From Candidatus Eremiobacteria bacterium (GTDB lineage: Bacteria; Vulcanimicrobiota; Vulcanimicrobiia; Vulcanimicrobiales; Vulcanimicrobiaceae), in the NCBI GenBank assembly GCA_963737065.1, contig CAVTRC010000001.1, forward strand, positions 352,001 to 416,000: a stretch of DNA of 64,000 nt, written 5' to 3'. The position numbers were made by a program, and so were the translations under genes. Below, piece after piece: positions 19,983 to 29,889 of this stretch (its first letter is position 1; each line of letters begins with the position of its first letter). Under the pieces are notes generated by a model that saw only the letters and a program-made list of their open reading frames with translations, was not told the DNA's origin and searched no databases.

Positions 19983-20600
19983 ATGCAAGATGAAAAGCAC
20001 AGCCTTCAGACGTACGTGAGCGATATGCTCGCGTTGGAGCGGCACGTGCGCATTCCGTTCGAAACGCAGACGAAGGACGACGACTTTTCGAAGTACGGCT
20101 CGGCCGACCGGTTGGTCTCGCAGATTCTTTCAACGTCACAACAGCATATCGACGCGCTGGAAACGTGTCTCGAACGGCTTGGCGGGCACGCAGCGGCACC
20201 CGTTAAAGACACGGTCTCTCAAGTCGAGGGCTTCTTCGCCGGCGCGATCGACAAGATGCGCAAAACGAAGGTGTCGAAAGCACTTCGCGACGACTATACG
20301 GCCCTGGCGTTGTGCACGGCTGGATACACGATGTTGCAGGCGACGGCAACCGCAATGCATGACACGACGGTCGCGCAGCTCGCACAGCTGCACTTAGAAG
20401 ACTACGCAAGCCTCGTGATGCGAATCGGACGCGAACTTCCCACGGTCGTTATCGCGGAACTTGCCGATACGGGCCTCGCAGTTGATCCGACGATGGCCAC
20501 GCCCGCGACGCAAGCGACAGAACAAGCATGGAGAAACGGCGCGCAACGTACGTCAACCCAAACGGGCGACATCGGGTCAAACGCTTCCGCCACCGTGTAA
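19983..20600 (+). CDS. Ferritin-like (YciE/DUF892-like) stress protein
   Basis: YVSDMLALERH, QHIDALE, KALRDDY; four-helix pattern. Confidence 0.75.
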   Translation: MQDEKHSLQTYVSDMLALERHVRIPFETQTKDDDFSKYGSADRLVSQILSTSQQHIDALETCLERLGGHAAAPVKDTVSQVEGFFAGAIDKMRKTKVSKALRDDYTALALCTAGYTMLQATATAMHDTTVAQLAQLHLEDYASLVMRIGRELPTVVIAELADTGLAVDPTMATPATQATEQAWRNGAQRTSTQTGDIGSNASATV

Positions 20601-22052
20601 CGTAGCAGCGCGAAACACTCCAATGGCGCGATCGCGCGCTTCACGGTGATCCACAATGGGCGCCGGATAATTGCGCCCGATCACAACGTCAATACTAGCC
20701 TGAAGCAGCGGAGGCATCGTCCACGGCGCGTGAACGAATTCGCTTGGCACATTGCGAAGCTCTGAAACGAACTGCTTGATGTAGAGGCCGTCGGGATCAA
20801 ACCGGCGGCCTTGTGCAATGGGGTTGAAGATTCGAAAATACGGGGCCGCGTCCGTCCCCGTTGAAGCGGCCCACTGCCAACCGCCGTTATTTTGTGCACG
20901 ATCCGCGTCGATGAGACGACGTTCGAAATACCGTTCACCGCGGCGCCAATCGATGAGCAGATGCTTGGTAAGAAACGACGCCGTAATCATGCGCAGGCGG
21001 TTATGCATCCAGCCCGTGGAGTTGAGTTGCCGCATGCCGGCGTCCACAATCGGATACCCGGTCTGTCCATCGCACCAGGCGTCGAACGCTCCATTCGCCG
21101 ATTCCCAAGCGATGGGTCGAAGCTTCAAAAAGTTCGATGTTGTTACGGCGGGAAAGTTCTTCAAGATCATTTGATAAAAGTCGCGCCAGATCAATTCGTC
21201 GACCCACGCCTGCACGCCGGCGCTCGCCCCACCATCCGCGGCCTCGCAGAAACGATACGCCGACTCGACACACGTGCGAATTCCGATCGTTCCGGCTCGG
21301 AGATGAACCGACAATCGCGACGTGCCTTCCTTCGAAGGAACGTTGCGGCGATCAGCGTACCGCGCAACCGTTTCGCTCAAGAACTCCGCCAGACGCGCGT
21401 GCGCGATCGCTTCACTAACGCGCGTAGCGACGCCGAAGCTCTCGAACCCGTAGTCGTGCGGTTTCGGCAGCGCGCCCGTTATATCGAGCGAATCGCAGCG
21501 CATGAGACGGTTTCTCAGTGCAGCGCGCGACGGTACCGGATGACGCGGGCTAACGGCTCGCTGTTCGCGCCACCGCCGTCTATACGGCGAAAAGATTCGG
21601 TACGGCGATCCGTCCGCGCTCAGCACTTCGTCTGCTCCGAAATAGACGTGATCGACGAACGTCTGAACGGCAACGCCCTCACGTTCGAGCGCCGCGCGCA
21701 CAACCGTATCGCGGTCAATCGCGTCCGGCTCATAGTCGACGTTATAGAAGAGCGCTTGCGCGCGCACGCGCTTGATGAGCGTAAGTAACTCTGCTTCGAA
21801 GTCGCCCGTGAGTACAACCAGGTCGCTGCCATAGCTTCGAATGTCACGCCGCAGGCCTTCTAACGCGTCGAAGAACGCCGTAACGAGCGGCGCTCCCATT
21901 CGATCGTCGCGAAGCAGCGGCGGATTTACGACAAACGCGATGCAGACGCGACGGCTGGAGCGACAGGCTTCGAAGAGCGCGACGTTATCAGTAAGCCGAA
22001 GATCGCGACGCAGCCAGACGACACTCGTCTCGTAACGATGCGCCTCAGTCAC
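20577..22052 (-). CDS. phrB: Deoxyribodipyrimidine photolyase (CPD photolyase)
   Basis: WLRRDLRLTDN, TSRLSVHL, TGYPIVDAGMRQL, WMHNRLRM, NNGGWQW, PYFRIFNP. Confidence 0.95.
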   Translation of the reverse strand: MTEAHRYETSVVWLRRDLRLTDNVALFEACRSSRRVCIAFVVNPPLLRDDRMGAPLVTAFFDALEGLRRDIRSYGSDLVVLTGDFEAELLTLIKRVRAQALFYNVDYEPDAIDRDTVVRAALEREGVAVQTFVDHVYFGADEVLSADGSPYRIFSPYRRRWREQRAVSPRHPVPSRAALRNRLMRCDSLDITGALPKPHDYGFESFGVATRVSEAIAHARLAEFLSETVARYADRRNVPSKEGTSRLSVHLRAGTIGIRTCVESAYRFCEAADGGASAGVQAWVDELIWRDFYQMILKNFPAVTTSNFLKLRPIAWESANGAFDAWCDGQTGYPIVDAGMRQLNSTGWMHNRLRMITASFLTKHLLIDWRRGERYFERRLIDADRAQNNGGWQWAASTGTDAAPYFRIFNPIAQGRRFDPDGLYIKQFVSELRNVPSEFVHAPWTMPPLLQASIDVVIGRNYPAPIVDHREARDRAIGVFRAATLHGGGSV

Positions 22053-22053
22053 G

Positions 22054-22938
22054 TTAGCGCTCGTCCAAGTTTTCGCAGAACGATGCGAGCGTTTCCAATC
22101 GCAACACGTCGCCGTGCCACCGGTCGACACTCGAGACGCCGGCGCCCCCGACCCACACCTGCATTCGGCTCGGAGCTCGCGCGCGAAGCGACGCCACGAA
22201 GTCTGTAGCCGAACCGGCGAGATCGCGCAGCGTGACACCGATCACGATGGTCGAGGGCGCAATGTATCGAGCCGCACGCAGCACCTCGGCAACCGGAACT
22301 TGTGGCCCGAGCACGCACGGTTTCACACCGCGCATCGACGCCAAGAATGCCGCGAGCGCAATGCCGAATTCGTGCGGTTCACCCGGCGGTGTCGCAAAGA
22401 GCATCGTCGTGCCGTTCTCGATCGGACGCAGCCGCATCATGCTGCCGAGCAAGTTACGAACCAACACGGATATCAAATGTTCTTGCGCAATGCTGAAGTA
22501 ACCACGCTCCCAAAGGCGCCCGACGCGATTCATAAGCGGCGTTAAAACGTTGACAACGAGACTTTCGGGCGACTGCAGCAGTGCCGCCGCGCTGAGCAAC
22601 TCTTCCGCGTGCCGCACATCGTAACGCCGGATGCTTTGGAGGATCTTGCCGACAACCCGGTTTCCGCCGGAACCGCGTTCCTCGTCCTTTTCGCGCACGA
22701 TAACGAGCGATCGAAGTTCTTCGTCAGAAAGTGAAGCCAGCGTACGGATAGGATGGCCGAGCGCCGTCGCAGAGCGCGCGAGCTCCAAGCGTTCGATGTC
22801 GGTCTCTCCGTAACGCCGGTTGCCGCTCGGATCGCGGCGCGGCGTTACGATCCGGTAGCGGCGCTCCCATGCACGCAAAGTCTCAACCGAAAGACCGGTA
22901 CGCTTGGCAGCGGCCGCAATCGAATACGTGGCTATCAT
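22054..22938 (-). CDS. B12-binding MerR-family photoreceptor/repressor (CarH/LitR-like)
   Basis: LRAWERRY HTH, W-x9-EH (WERGYFSIAQEH), ExH (GEPHEFG) cobalamin motif, VGG. Confidence 0.88.
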   Translation of the reverse strand: MIATYSIAAAAKRTGLSVETLRAWERRYRIVTPRRDPSGNRRYGETDIERLELARSATALGHPIRTLASLSDEELRSLVIVREKDEERGSGGNRVVGKILQSIRRYDVRHAEELLSAAALLQSPESLVVNVLTPLMNRVGRLWERGYFSIAQEHLISVLVRNLLGSMMRLRPIENGTTMLFATPPGEPHEFGIALAAFLASMRGVKPCVLGPQVPVAEVLRAARYIAPSTIVIGVTLRDLAGSATDFVASLRARAPSRMQVWVGGAGVSSVDRWHGDVLRLETLASFCENLDER

Positions 22939-22948
22939 GACACGCCGA

Positions 22949-22989
22949 AGCGTACCGTAACGCGCACACTGTTGTCTAGCCTTTGTTCA
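22949..22989 (-). promoter_or_regulatory. carH-phr promoter with CarH-type operator repeats
   Basis: Minus strand TGAACA-N5-TAGACA (TnnACA at 11-bp period); TAGACA-N18-TACGCT forms a sigma70-like promoter. Confidence 0.65.
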
Positions 22990-23121
22990 GGACAAGCAGC
23001 GAACGAAAACGGCTACCGTGCGGCTCCCTGGTTCAGTACATAGCATCTTGTGCCGTGGAGGAACGGAGGTTACGCTCAACACTGAGCCGAGGCATCCGTT
23101 TGATGCATGCGGGGTGCAGTT

Positions 23122-24798
23122 ATGTTGCGACACGTCGTTTTCGTATTTGCTTTCATCGCGCTTGATGTTCTATCGATCGGATCTCGTACGAGCGCGCAAA
23201 CGACCTCTGCGGCGGAACGCACGATCCGCCACGTCCTCGGACGGAACGCAACCGAAGATCAAATCAAACAAGCCGTAAACGGTTTCGAAGATCAAAAGCG
23301 GCGAGAGAGCCAGCCGCGCCTCGTTCCCGTAGAAGCAGTTCCCGGCGGCGCAACGCCAACTCCGCCGAAACTCGCGATAACGCCGATCGCGACCAGTCAG
23401 CCGATTCCGCCGAAGCAAACAAGTTCCGGCGGGAAAAGCGTCTTCAAGCAAATCGGTAGGCTGATTGCAATTTGCGCGCGGCAATGGCGCTCGGGAAAGT
23501 GCATAATAGACGTACGCGATCCGAACAATCCCGTCGACGGATCGAACGACAAACAGATCACCGACATGCTCGCAAGTCCCGGCGAAGCGTTTACTGACGT
23601 TTCGATCCCAACCGCATTTCCGACCGATCCACCAAGTCCAACGCCCGCGGAGCAACGCGTGCAAGCGCTAAAATCCGCGATCGACGATGCGTTCGTCGGG
23701 AATGCGAATCCGCCGGAAAACTATGTGCCGAATCCCGAGCTCGAAACGGCGCTACACGACGCGACGGCTGTCCACGTTACCGCGCCTGCCGATCGGAGTC
23801 TTATCCCGAATGCAACTCCTACACCGTCAGTCATCGTACGCCTTGCCGATGGCCCGTACGGATCGGCTGAACTAGACTTCGAAACGTCAGTGACCGCGCC
23901 GGCGTTTTTCCCCTCGGACCCAACCGCTGTGCAATTCGGCGCCGGCATATGCAGCACAGCAGTACTTAAACTCAATCTCATTCTAAGCGGTCATCTCTAT
24001 CAACCGGATCCAATAACGGTTTCAGCGCTCGACGTCGAAGGTGCGCTTGCAGACGGTTCAAAGCCGTCTCTGACCGTGACACCGACGATTTTCGGCAAAA
24101 CGGGCTCCGCCCTCGTCAAACTGTCGAGTAACGCGACGCTCGAATATAACAATGCATCCGTCGCGAGCTTCTCGCAGGATCTGTGTGGCATCACGGAGCC
24201 GTTTCAGCTCCTTACCGGTATCAACATCACCGCTCAGTTGCAGTGCGAAATATCAGCGGGGTATGGAGCCTACGTCGACGCGAATGTCGGCGTGCAAAGG
24301 CTGCTCGTCACGCCTGTTATTCGCGCGTACCTTATCGGCTCGATCGATACGTCATTTTTCGGCAACCTCATCGAGGCGAAAGCCGCCGGACGATACAACG
24401 TCATCGATGCGTACGGCAATGCGGGACTGTACGCTCGTCCGGTTCACGACTTTGCCGCAGGAGCAAACCGGCGCGCAGTTTTCCTCGCAATGGCGCCCTA
24501 CACGTACGCGTCCGCTAATACCGGCGAGAGCCTCATAACATTCACCGTGTCGGCATTGTCTAAAAGTATCGTTTTTGTCGTCGGCCTCACCCCGGCACGG
24601 ACGATTGCGGAGTTCCCAGCAGCGAGCAACGCGAACGGTGCCGGTTATTTCTACGCGATCTCAACGCCGCTCCACGCATCCGGTACGACGCCCGGTAACT
24701 GCACCGACTACTCACTGACGCGTCGACTACCGAGGATAGATAGGCTCGCCGCCGCTCGCGGCCGTTGGAGCTGTAGCGACCTACGAGCCGCCCGGTAG
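23122..24798 (+). CDS. Secreted hypothetical protein, Pro/Thr-rich linkers and beta-strand-rich C-terminal half
   Basis: Long ORF, signal peptide, PTP repeats, alternating hydrophobic strands. Confidence 0.7.
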   Translation: MLRHVVFVFAFIALDVLSIGSRTSAQTTSAAERTIRHVLGRNATEDQIKQAVNGFEDQKRRESQPRLVPVEAVPGGATPTPPKLAITPIATSQPIPPKQTSSGGKSVFKQIGRLIAICARQWRSGKCIIDVRDPNNPVDGSNDKQITDMLASPGEAFTDVSIPTAFPTDPPSPTPAEQRVQALKSAIDDAFVGNANPPENYVPNPELETALHDATAVHVTAPADRSLIPNATPTPSVIVRLADGPYGSAELDFETSVTAPAFFPSDPTAVQFGAGICSTAVLKLNLILSGHLYQPDPITVSALDVEGALADGSKPSLTVTPTIFGKTGSALVKLSSNATLEYNNASVASFSQDLCGITEPFQLLTGINITAQLQCEISAGYGAYVDANVGVQRLLVTPVIRAYLIGSIDTSFFGNLIEAKAAGRYNVIDAYGNAGLYARPVHDFAAGANRRAVFLAMAPYTYASANTGESLITFTVSALSKSIVFVVGLTPARTIAEFPAASNANGAGYFYAISTPLHASGTTPGNCTDYSLTRRLPRIDRLAAARGRWSCSDLRAAR

Positions 24799-24921
24799 CC
24801 GATCCGGGCCGACTACTCAGTTTTAGGTATTCTCGCAAGCGCTCCCACAGCCATACGCTCGTGGAGGTGGTTCACTTCGCAGCCCGTGCCTCGGGCGTTC
24901 CGCGCTATTGGAGATGCCGCG

Positions 24922-26865
24922 ATGAAGAAACTGTTTCTCTCGTTGTTCGCAGCGGGAATTGGCATTGTGCCGGTGTCCTGCTCGCACACCACGACGTCCA
25001 CGATGCCGCCGATGGCGCCCGAATCCGGTGCCGGCGGATTTTCACAAAGGTTTGCTGCTACAGCAAACGTCCCGTCGGGCTGGGCCGCGACCGCGACGCG
25101 AGCGGTATCGATCGGGACTTCGTCGGCTGGCAAGACGTCAGCGGCAGCGGTCCTATCTGAATCGGTTCCGCTTCGCATTGTCGTCGGCCTCAGCATGCGA
25201 GATGCCGCGGGCGCGCAGGCGTTCGTCCAGCGCGCGTACACGCCTGGGAGTGCTTCGTTTCACGCCTGGATGACTCCGGATCAGTTCACAGCAACGTTCA
25301 ATCCGACGCTCGCGCAAGCGAACGCCGTCGCGTCGTACTTGCGCGGACAGGGCCTCACCGATGTTTCGATCGAGCCGAATCGATTGATGGTGACGGCCAC
25401 CGGCACGCCTGCGCGCATTGGAGCCGCGTTTCACACGTCGATTCGCACGTCAACGGCAAATGGCCAACGCGTGTACGGCAACGTTACACCGGCACTCGTG
25501 CCGGCGCAGTTCCGCGGTGTCGTGGTTGCGGTTCTGGGACTGAACAATACCTACCAGATGAAAACGCACTTCATGCTGAGCCAGCATTCGCGCATATTGA
25601 CCGCGCCCGCGTTTGGAACCGCAGAGCCCAACGTTGCCGGCACGCCATCGCCGTGTCTTCAGGTCGTCAACGGCATCTGCATCGGTGGCGAATACGGGCC
25701 ACCGCAATATCAAGTCGCGTACGACGCGGATGCAAAACAGTGCCCCGCGACCTGCCAGGGCGGCAATACGTCGATTGCCGTGATGGCGGAAGGGAAAGTC
25801 AGCCAAGTTTTAACGGACCTGCGCACCGCCGAAACATTTTGGGCGCTTCCGAAGGTTGCGTACTCGGTGCGGCAGGTGGGCATCTCGAGCGTCGATACAT
25901 CGGGCATCGATGAGTGGGATTTAGACACGCAAATTTCGAGCGGAATCGCGCAAAGCGTGAAACACCTCTATCTGTATGACACGACCTCGCTCACGGATTC
26001 CGACACGGCACTGGAGTTCAGTCACTGGGTCAACGACAATCTCACGCAGGCCGGCAATGCATCGTTCGGTGAGCCCGAAAGTTTGGCATACGCGGACGGA
26101 TCGATGTTGGTCGACGATGAGGAATTCAATCAGGCCGCGGCTCAAGGAATGACGATGTTCGCTTCAACCGGCGACAACGGCGAAGGCTGTCCGGTCGTGG
26201 CGGCAACCGGCGTACCGAACACCGGCGTGCCCGAAGTATGCTATCCCGCAGCATCGCCGTACGTCGTCGCCGTGGGCGGCACGACGCTCGACACGAACGC
26301 CAGCGGCACGCAGCCCGGCACCTATTATGGTGAGCACGTATGGGTTGGAACCGGCGGCGGCGTCAGTAAATACGAAACCGCTCCGTATTGGCAGACGAAC
26401 GGCATCTGCGCTGCATGCACGGCCGGACGCAGCATCGCGGACGTCGCCATGTGCGCGGACAATAATGGGTGCCCGATGGACGTGTTCGTCAACGGCGCGC
26501 AAACCGGCGTTGGCGGCACGAGTCTCTCGTCGCCGATGTCGATGGGAATCTGGGCGCGCTTGGAGACGCATTTCGGCAACAAGTTGGGCTTCGCGGCTCC
26601 GGTCTATTACGGCGTCTATGCGCACTACGAACCGTGTCCGTTGGGATCGACGGCGTGCGTGCCATCAGGCGAACCGGCCGACAATACATCAGCGCTACCG
26701 CCGGACACGACCGCTCCAATCGGAGGCTTCCACGACATTCTCTTTGGAACCAACGGCATTCCAAGCTCCGCAGCGCCGGGTTGGGACACGCCGACGGGAC
26801 TCGGCTCCGTGAACTACTGCGTCATGCAAAAGGATCTTTCAAACTCGGCGTTCTCCGGTCACTAA
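24922..26865 (+). CDS. S53 family (sedolisin/kumamolisin) peptidase with prodomain
   Basis: EWDLD, STGDNG, VGGTTL, GGTSLSSP, GWDTPTGLGS; GGAG RBS. Confidence 0.93.
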   Translation: MKKLFLSLFAAGIGIVPVSCSHTTTSTMPPMAPESGAGGFSQRFAATANVPSGWAATATRAVSIGTSSAGKTSAAAVLSESVPLRIVVGLSMRDAAGAQAFVQRAYTPGSASFHAWMTPDQFTATFNPTLAQANAVASYLRGQGLTDVSIEPNRLMVTATGTPARIGAAFHTSIRTSTANGQRVYGNVTPALVPAQFRGVVVAVLGLNNTYQMKTHFMLSQHSRILTAPAFGTAEPNVAGTPSPCLQVVNGICIGGEYGPPQYQVAYDADAKQCPATCQGGNTSIAVMAEGKVSQVLTDLRTAETFWALPKVAYSVRQVGISSVDTSGIDEWDLDTQISSGIAQSVKHLYLYDTTSLTDSDTALEFSHWVNDNLTQAGNASFGEPESLAYADGSMLVDDEEFNQAAAQGMTMFASTGDNGEGCPVVAATGVPNTGVPEVCYPAASPYVVAVGGTTLDTNASGTQPGTYYGEHVWVGTGGGVSKYETAPYWQTNGICAACTAGRSIADVAMCADNNGCPMDVFVNGAQTGVGGTSLSSPMSMGIWARLETHFGNKLGFAAPVYYGVYAHYEPCPLGSTACVPSGEPADNTSALPPDTTAPIGGFHDILFGTNGIPSSAAPGWDTPTGLGSVNYCVMQKDLSNSAFSGH

Positions 26866-27380
26866 GTCGAATTTGTGCAGCGGCAAAAGAGGCGCAGCTA
26901 AAAAGCTGCGCTTCTTGCCGCATAGGTCGGCGCGCTGCAGCGGAAGTCCACAGCAGCACATTGGTCCAGTCTGCGAGATACGCTGACCACCACTCGAGTC
27001 CGTCACTTGCGCATTGTTCGAAAATACGCGCAGCGAGCGGTTGCGTTACGGCGCGATCGCGAGTAACGATTTCGATTACGCGCGCGACGCGTTGTGCGCA
27101 AAGCGTTGTGACATCACCAAGATCGGTAAGTTGTAAGTGGCCGGCCTCCATGATGGCAGGCGCGTATGGTCCTCGGGGGCTGCGAAATGTCTTTGGCCGC
27201 CAAGCGCGAAGCTGCGCGAATCGTTCGCCGATCGCGCCCTCGGGCGACGTCAAGCAGTACAGCCCGTGGTGCAGGTCAGTTGTCAAAGCGACCCACTGAC
27301 GATGTTGGACGAAAGAAAACGCCGCCGGGCGCATCGACGGCGGCGTTGTGGTCCCAAGAAAAGACGCGGTAGAGCCTCAG
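26862..27380 (-). pseudogene. RES-domain toxin, frameshifted
   Basis: LRLYRVFSWD...GRFDN* continues in another frame as DLHHGLY...GAIGE...VTRDRAVTQ...GLEWWS; no intact start; 3' end approximate. Confidence 0.7.
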
Positions 27381-27546
27381 GCAAAGCCCCGGCTTCGATT
27401 CGATCCAGCACTTCCAGCACCGGCGCCGCGCCGCGAGCAGCGAGCATGGCGACGGGTTGGCAGAATCCGAACGTCGGCTCTGAGCCTTCGAGCCAATCGA
27501 TCACGACGTTGGCATCGCCGAAGACTTGGACGGCTCGCGCGAGAGT
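27377..27546 (-). pseudogene. Xre/MbcA/ParS antitoxin C-terminal half
   Basis: LARAVQVFGD...DWLEGSEPTFG..QPVAML....VLEVLDRIEAG, directly upstream of the RES gene. Confidence 0.7.
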
Positions 27547-27552
27547 AGACGC

Positions 27553-27769
27553 ATGAGCTGGACAATTAACGCGAGCCGCATCCCGGTTGCCAAACTGCAC
27601 GAATTAGGCGCAATGCAGCTGCGGCTTGCCCGCTTTGCCTCGATCATCGGCACGAGGGCGTTGGCCGATCTCCTAGGCGTGGACAACGGAAACTTGTCCC
27701 GTATGATTGCCGGCAGCCGTTCTGTCCCTGAACAAATTGGAAAGCGGCTCCTCGATCTGGATCACGTCT
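27553..27769 (+). pseudogene. Xre antitoxin N-terminal HTH half (inverted)
   Basis: MSW...GTRALADLLGVDNGNLSRMIAG...RLLDLDHV on the opposite strand to its C-terminal half. Confidence 0.65.
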
Positions 27770-27782
27770 TACCCCGCGCGTT

Positions 27783-27803
27783 TGACAGCGTAAAGCGCTG
27801 TCA
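27783..27803. promoter_or_regulatory. Palindromic operator candidate
   Basis: TGACAGCG-taaag-CGCTGTCA perfect 8-bp inverted repeat. Confidence 0.5.
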
Positions 27804-27853
27804 GCGCATTCCCATGATTCGAACCGTTTCCGACGCTGCCGCGCGAAGCTACT

Positions 27854-28222
27854 ATGTCGTTAGATATACCATTTTACGAAGATGACGCGTGGAAGTTGCC
27901 CGCTCCAGCCCTATTCGGCACCCGAATGCGGACCGCGCTTTTAATGCTTATCGCCGTGCTGGAGCAAACCTACCCAGCGGAAATCAGTCGCTACCTTGGT
28001 TCCACCATTCCGGCAATTCAAAAAACGCTCGACAAGCTGGAGGACGAGGGCCTACTCGCCACGCGGCAAGTTGCGGTGAGGACGGTATCTCTAAACCCAC
28101 AATATCCCGCATTTCGAGAACTGCGCGCTTTCCTACTGAGGCTTGCGGAGGGATACGAGCAATATCGTCTCGTCAAGGAGTCGCGTCGAACGCGGCCGCG
28201 CAGGCGACGTAAGCCACTTTGA
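27854..28222 (+). CDS. Winged-helix DNA-binding protein (ArsR/MarR-like), putative antitoxin
   Basis: LFGTRMR, YPAEISRYL...IQKTLDKLEDEGLL, LNPQYP..ELRAFL. Confidence 0.8.
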   Translation: MSLDIPFYEDDAWKLPAPALFGTRMRTALLMLIAVLEQTYPAEISRYLGSTIPAIQKTLDKLEDEGLLATRQVAVRTVSLNPQYPAFRELRAFLLRLAEGYEQYRLVKESRRTRPRRRRKPL

Positions 28223-28770
28223 TTTCGCGGCAAAGTAGCCTCGCTGATATCTGCTTTGCCGTGTCGCAAGCGCTTGAGGTACACGGCATTAGCGCCGTCC
28301 TCACCGGAGGCAGCGCAGCGGCTGTGCATGCCCGTGGCGCCTATACATCATACGATGTGGACTTCATTCTCGAACGGGATGAGCCACTTACGGAAATCGT
28401 CAACGCGCTCGGCTCGATTCGGTTCATACGTAACGGAAAATCGCGCATGTTCGTCCATCCGGATACAAGTTATACGATTGACTTCCCACGCGGCCCGCTG
28501 GCCGTCGGTGGCGATTACGTACATGAAACTGCAACACTGACGAATGGGGACATGACGTTGCGTATTCTTTCACCGACGGATTGTGTGCGCGATCGCTTAG
28601 CCCATTTCTATCGTTGGGGCGACTACACGGCGCTCAATGCGGCCGTCGCTGTTGCAGCCGCCAACCGTGAGAACATCAATTTCGATCTCCTACGCTCGTG
28701 GTCGACTCGCGAGGAAGGTCTAGAGGAATTCGCCGAGTTCGAGCGTCGACTCGCGAAGGCCAAGGGATAG
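28219..28770 (+). CDS. Pol-beta-like nucleotidyltransferase (AbiEii/DUF6036-like), putative toxin
   Basis: VLTGGSAA...YTSYDVDF, IDFP, DCVRDRL; TTGA overlap with the wHTH gene. Confidence 0.75.
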   Translation: MISRQSSLADICFAVSQALEVHGISAVLTGGSAAAVHARGAYTSYDVDFILERDEPLTEIVNALGSIRFIRNGKSRMFVHPDTSYTIDFPRGPLAVGGDYVHETATLTNGDMTLRILSPTDCVRDRLAHFYRWGDYTALNAAVAVAAANRENINFDLLRSWSTREEGLEEFAEFERRLAKAKG

Positions 28771-28925
28771 ACACATAACGTTTCGCGCAGGCGAAAGCAG
28801 CAGTTGTCGACGCTGCCTCATTCTCTAACTTTGATAACTTCATGTGATGGTATCCCCGTGAGTGCGCCGCTGGTATGTCGAATGTGAGGCCTAAGCCTCT
28901 AAGGACGCCACACGTGGAAATCTCG

Positions 28926-29222
28926 ATGCAGCGAAACTCAATCGTCGGGATCCTCAGGAGCTCAAAGGCGGCTCGGCGCGCTGTGCCGCAAGTACGGGAT
29001 CAGCAAAGCAACGTTCTACAACTAGCGATCGAAGTACGCCGGCCTGGAAGTGAGCTACTTGATGCGGCTCAAGCAGCTCAGACGAAAACGGGGATTGAAA
29101 AAGATCGTCGCTGAGCGTCAACCGCAAACTGTTGCGTGATCGGTCGCTACGGAATGACGATTCGTTGCGGTTACGTCTGATTGCGCGTGCGGCGGAAAAC
29201 CGGCGATACGGTCTTCCACGCC
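28926..29222 (+). mobile_element. IS3-family (IS407-like) remnant
   Basis: Degenerate orfA (LCRKYGISKATFYN*RSKYAGLEVS...LKKIVAE, stop at 29023) and orfB fragment (LRLRLIARAAENRRYG). Confidence 0.75.
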
Positions 29223-29332
29223 GCGATTCTCGCCGATGTCGCGATAGCGGCAGACGAGCTGCGCGCGCTGTTGTAATGATTTCACTGCATGGCAATCGGG
29301 CGCAGCGGTTCCGTTAACCGTTCGCGTCGCTC

Positions 29333-29875
29333 GCGCGCCCATGAACCGATATTCGGTGTGCAGATGATCGATCCGCCGCATCATCTCCAGATCGGTGTGC
29401 GAAACCGGTACCGGCGTGTAATACAAAGAACTGCGCGAAAGATCGAGCAGATCGGCTTGATGCGTAAGCGGAAGACCGTGCTCGCGATCGATCATCGCTT
29501 TCCGCTAGGGCCGCCGACGCGCCCGGCGCTTTTCCTAGAAATTGTTTTCCAACGTGAGCCGGCCGATTTTCGCGTGGAGCTTTTCGACATCGACTTCCTC
29601 GGTCTTCACGCTGCTGCCGTGGAACGCCGAGACTGCGTTCTCGAGCAGTTGGCTCTTCCACTGCGCGATGAGGTGTGGATGGATATCGAACTTCGTCGCG
29701 ATTTCGGCGACGTCGGTTCGCCGCGAACGGCGAGGAGCGACACCTTTGCCTTGAAAACCGGAGAGTGATTCCGGCGGGAACGCCTGCCGCGAAAATGAAC
29801 TTGTGACGCCTTTTCGCTTCGGATGGAGCGAAGTCATCAATTACGCGGCTGTCCGATTATTCGAGGCGATCTCTA
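29333..29875 (-). mobile_element. IS3-family element, left-end remnant
   Basis: End TAGAGATCGCCTCG...CGGACAG; frameshifted orfA (FKAKV...AEIATKFDIHP..IAQWKSQL...LHAKIGRLTLENNF); truncated orfB (LLDLSRSSLYY...RRIDHLH). Confidence 0.8.
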
Positions 29876-29889
29876 GGTGGAGCGGCTTA

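Noticed and set aside
27553..27885. Intact Xre regulator on the + strand
   Set aside because: The sequence after DLDHV runs through the operator-like palindrome and overlaps the next gene; the expected C-terminus lies on the - strand.
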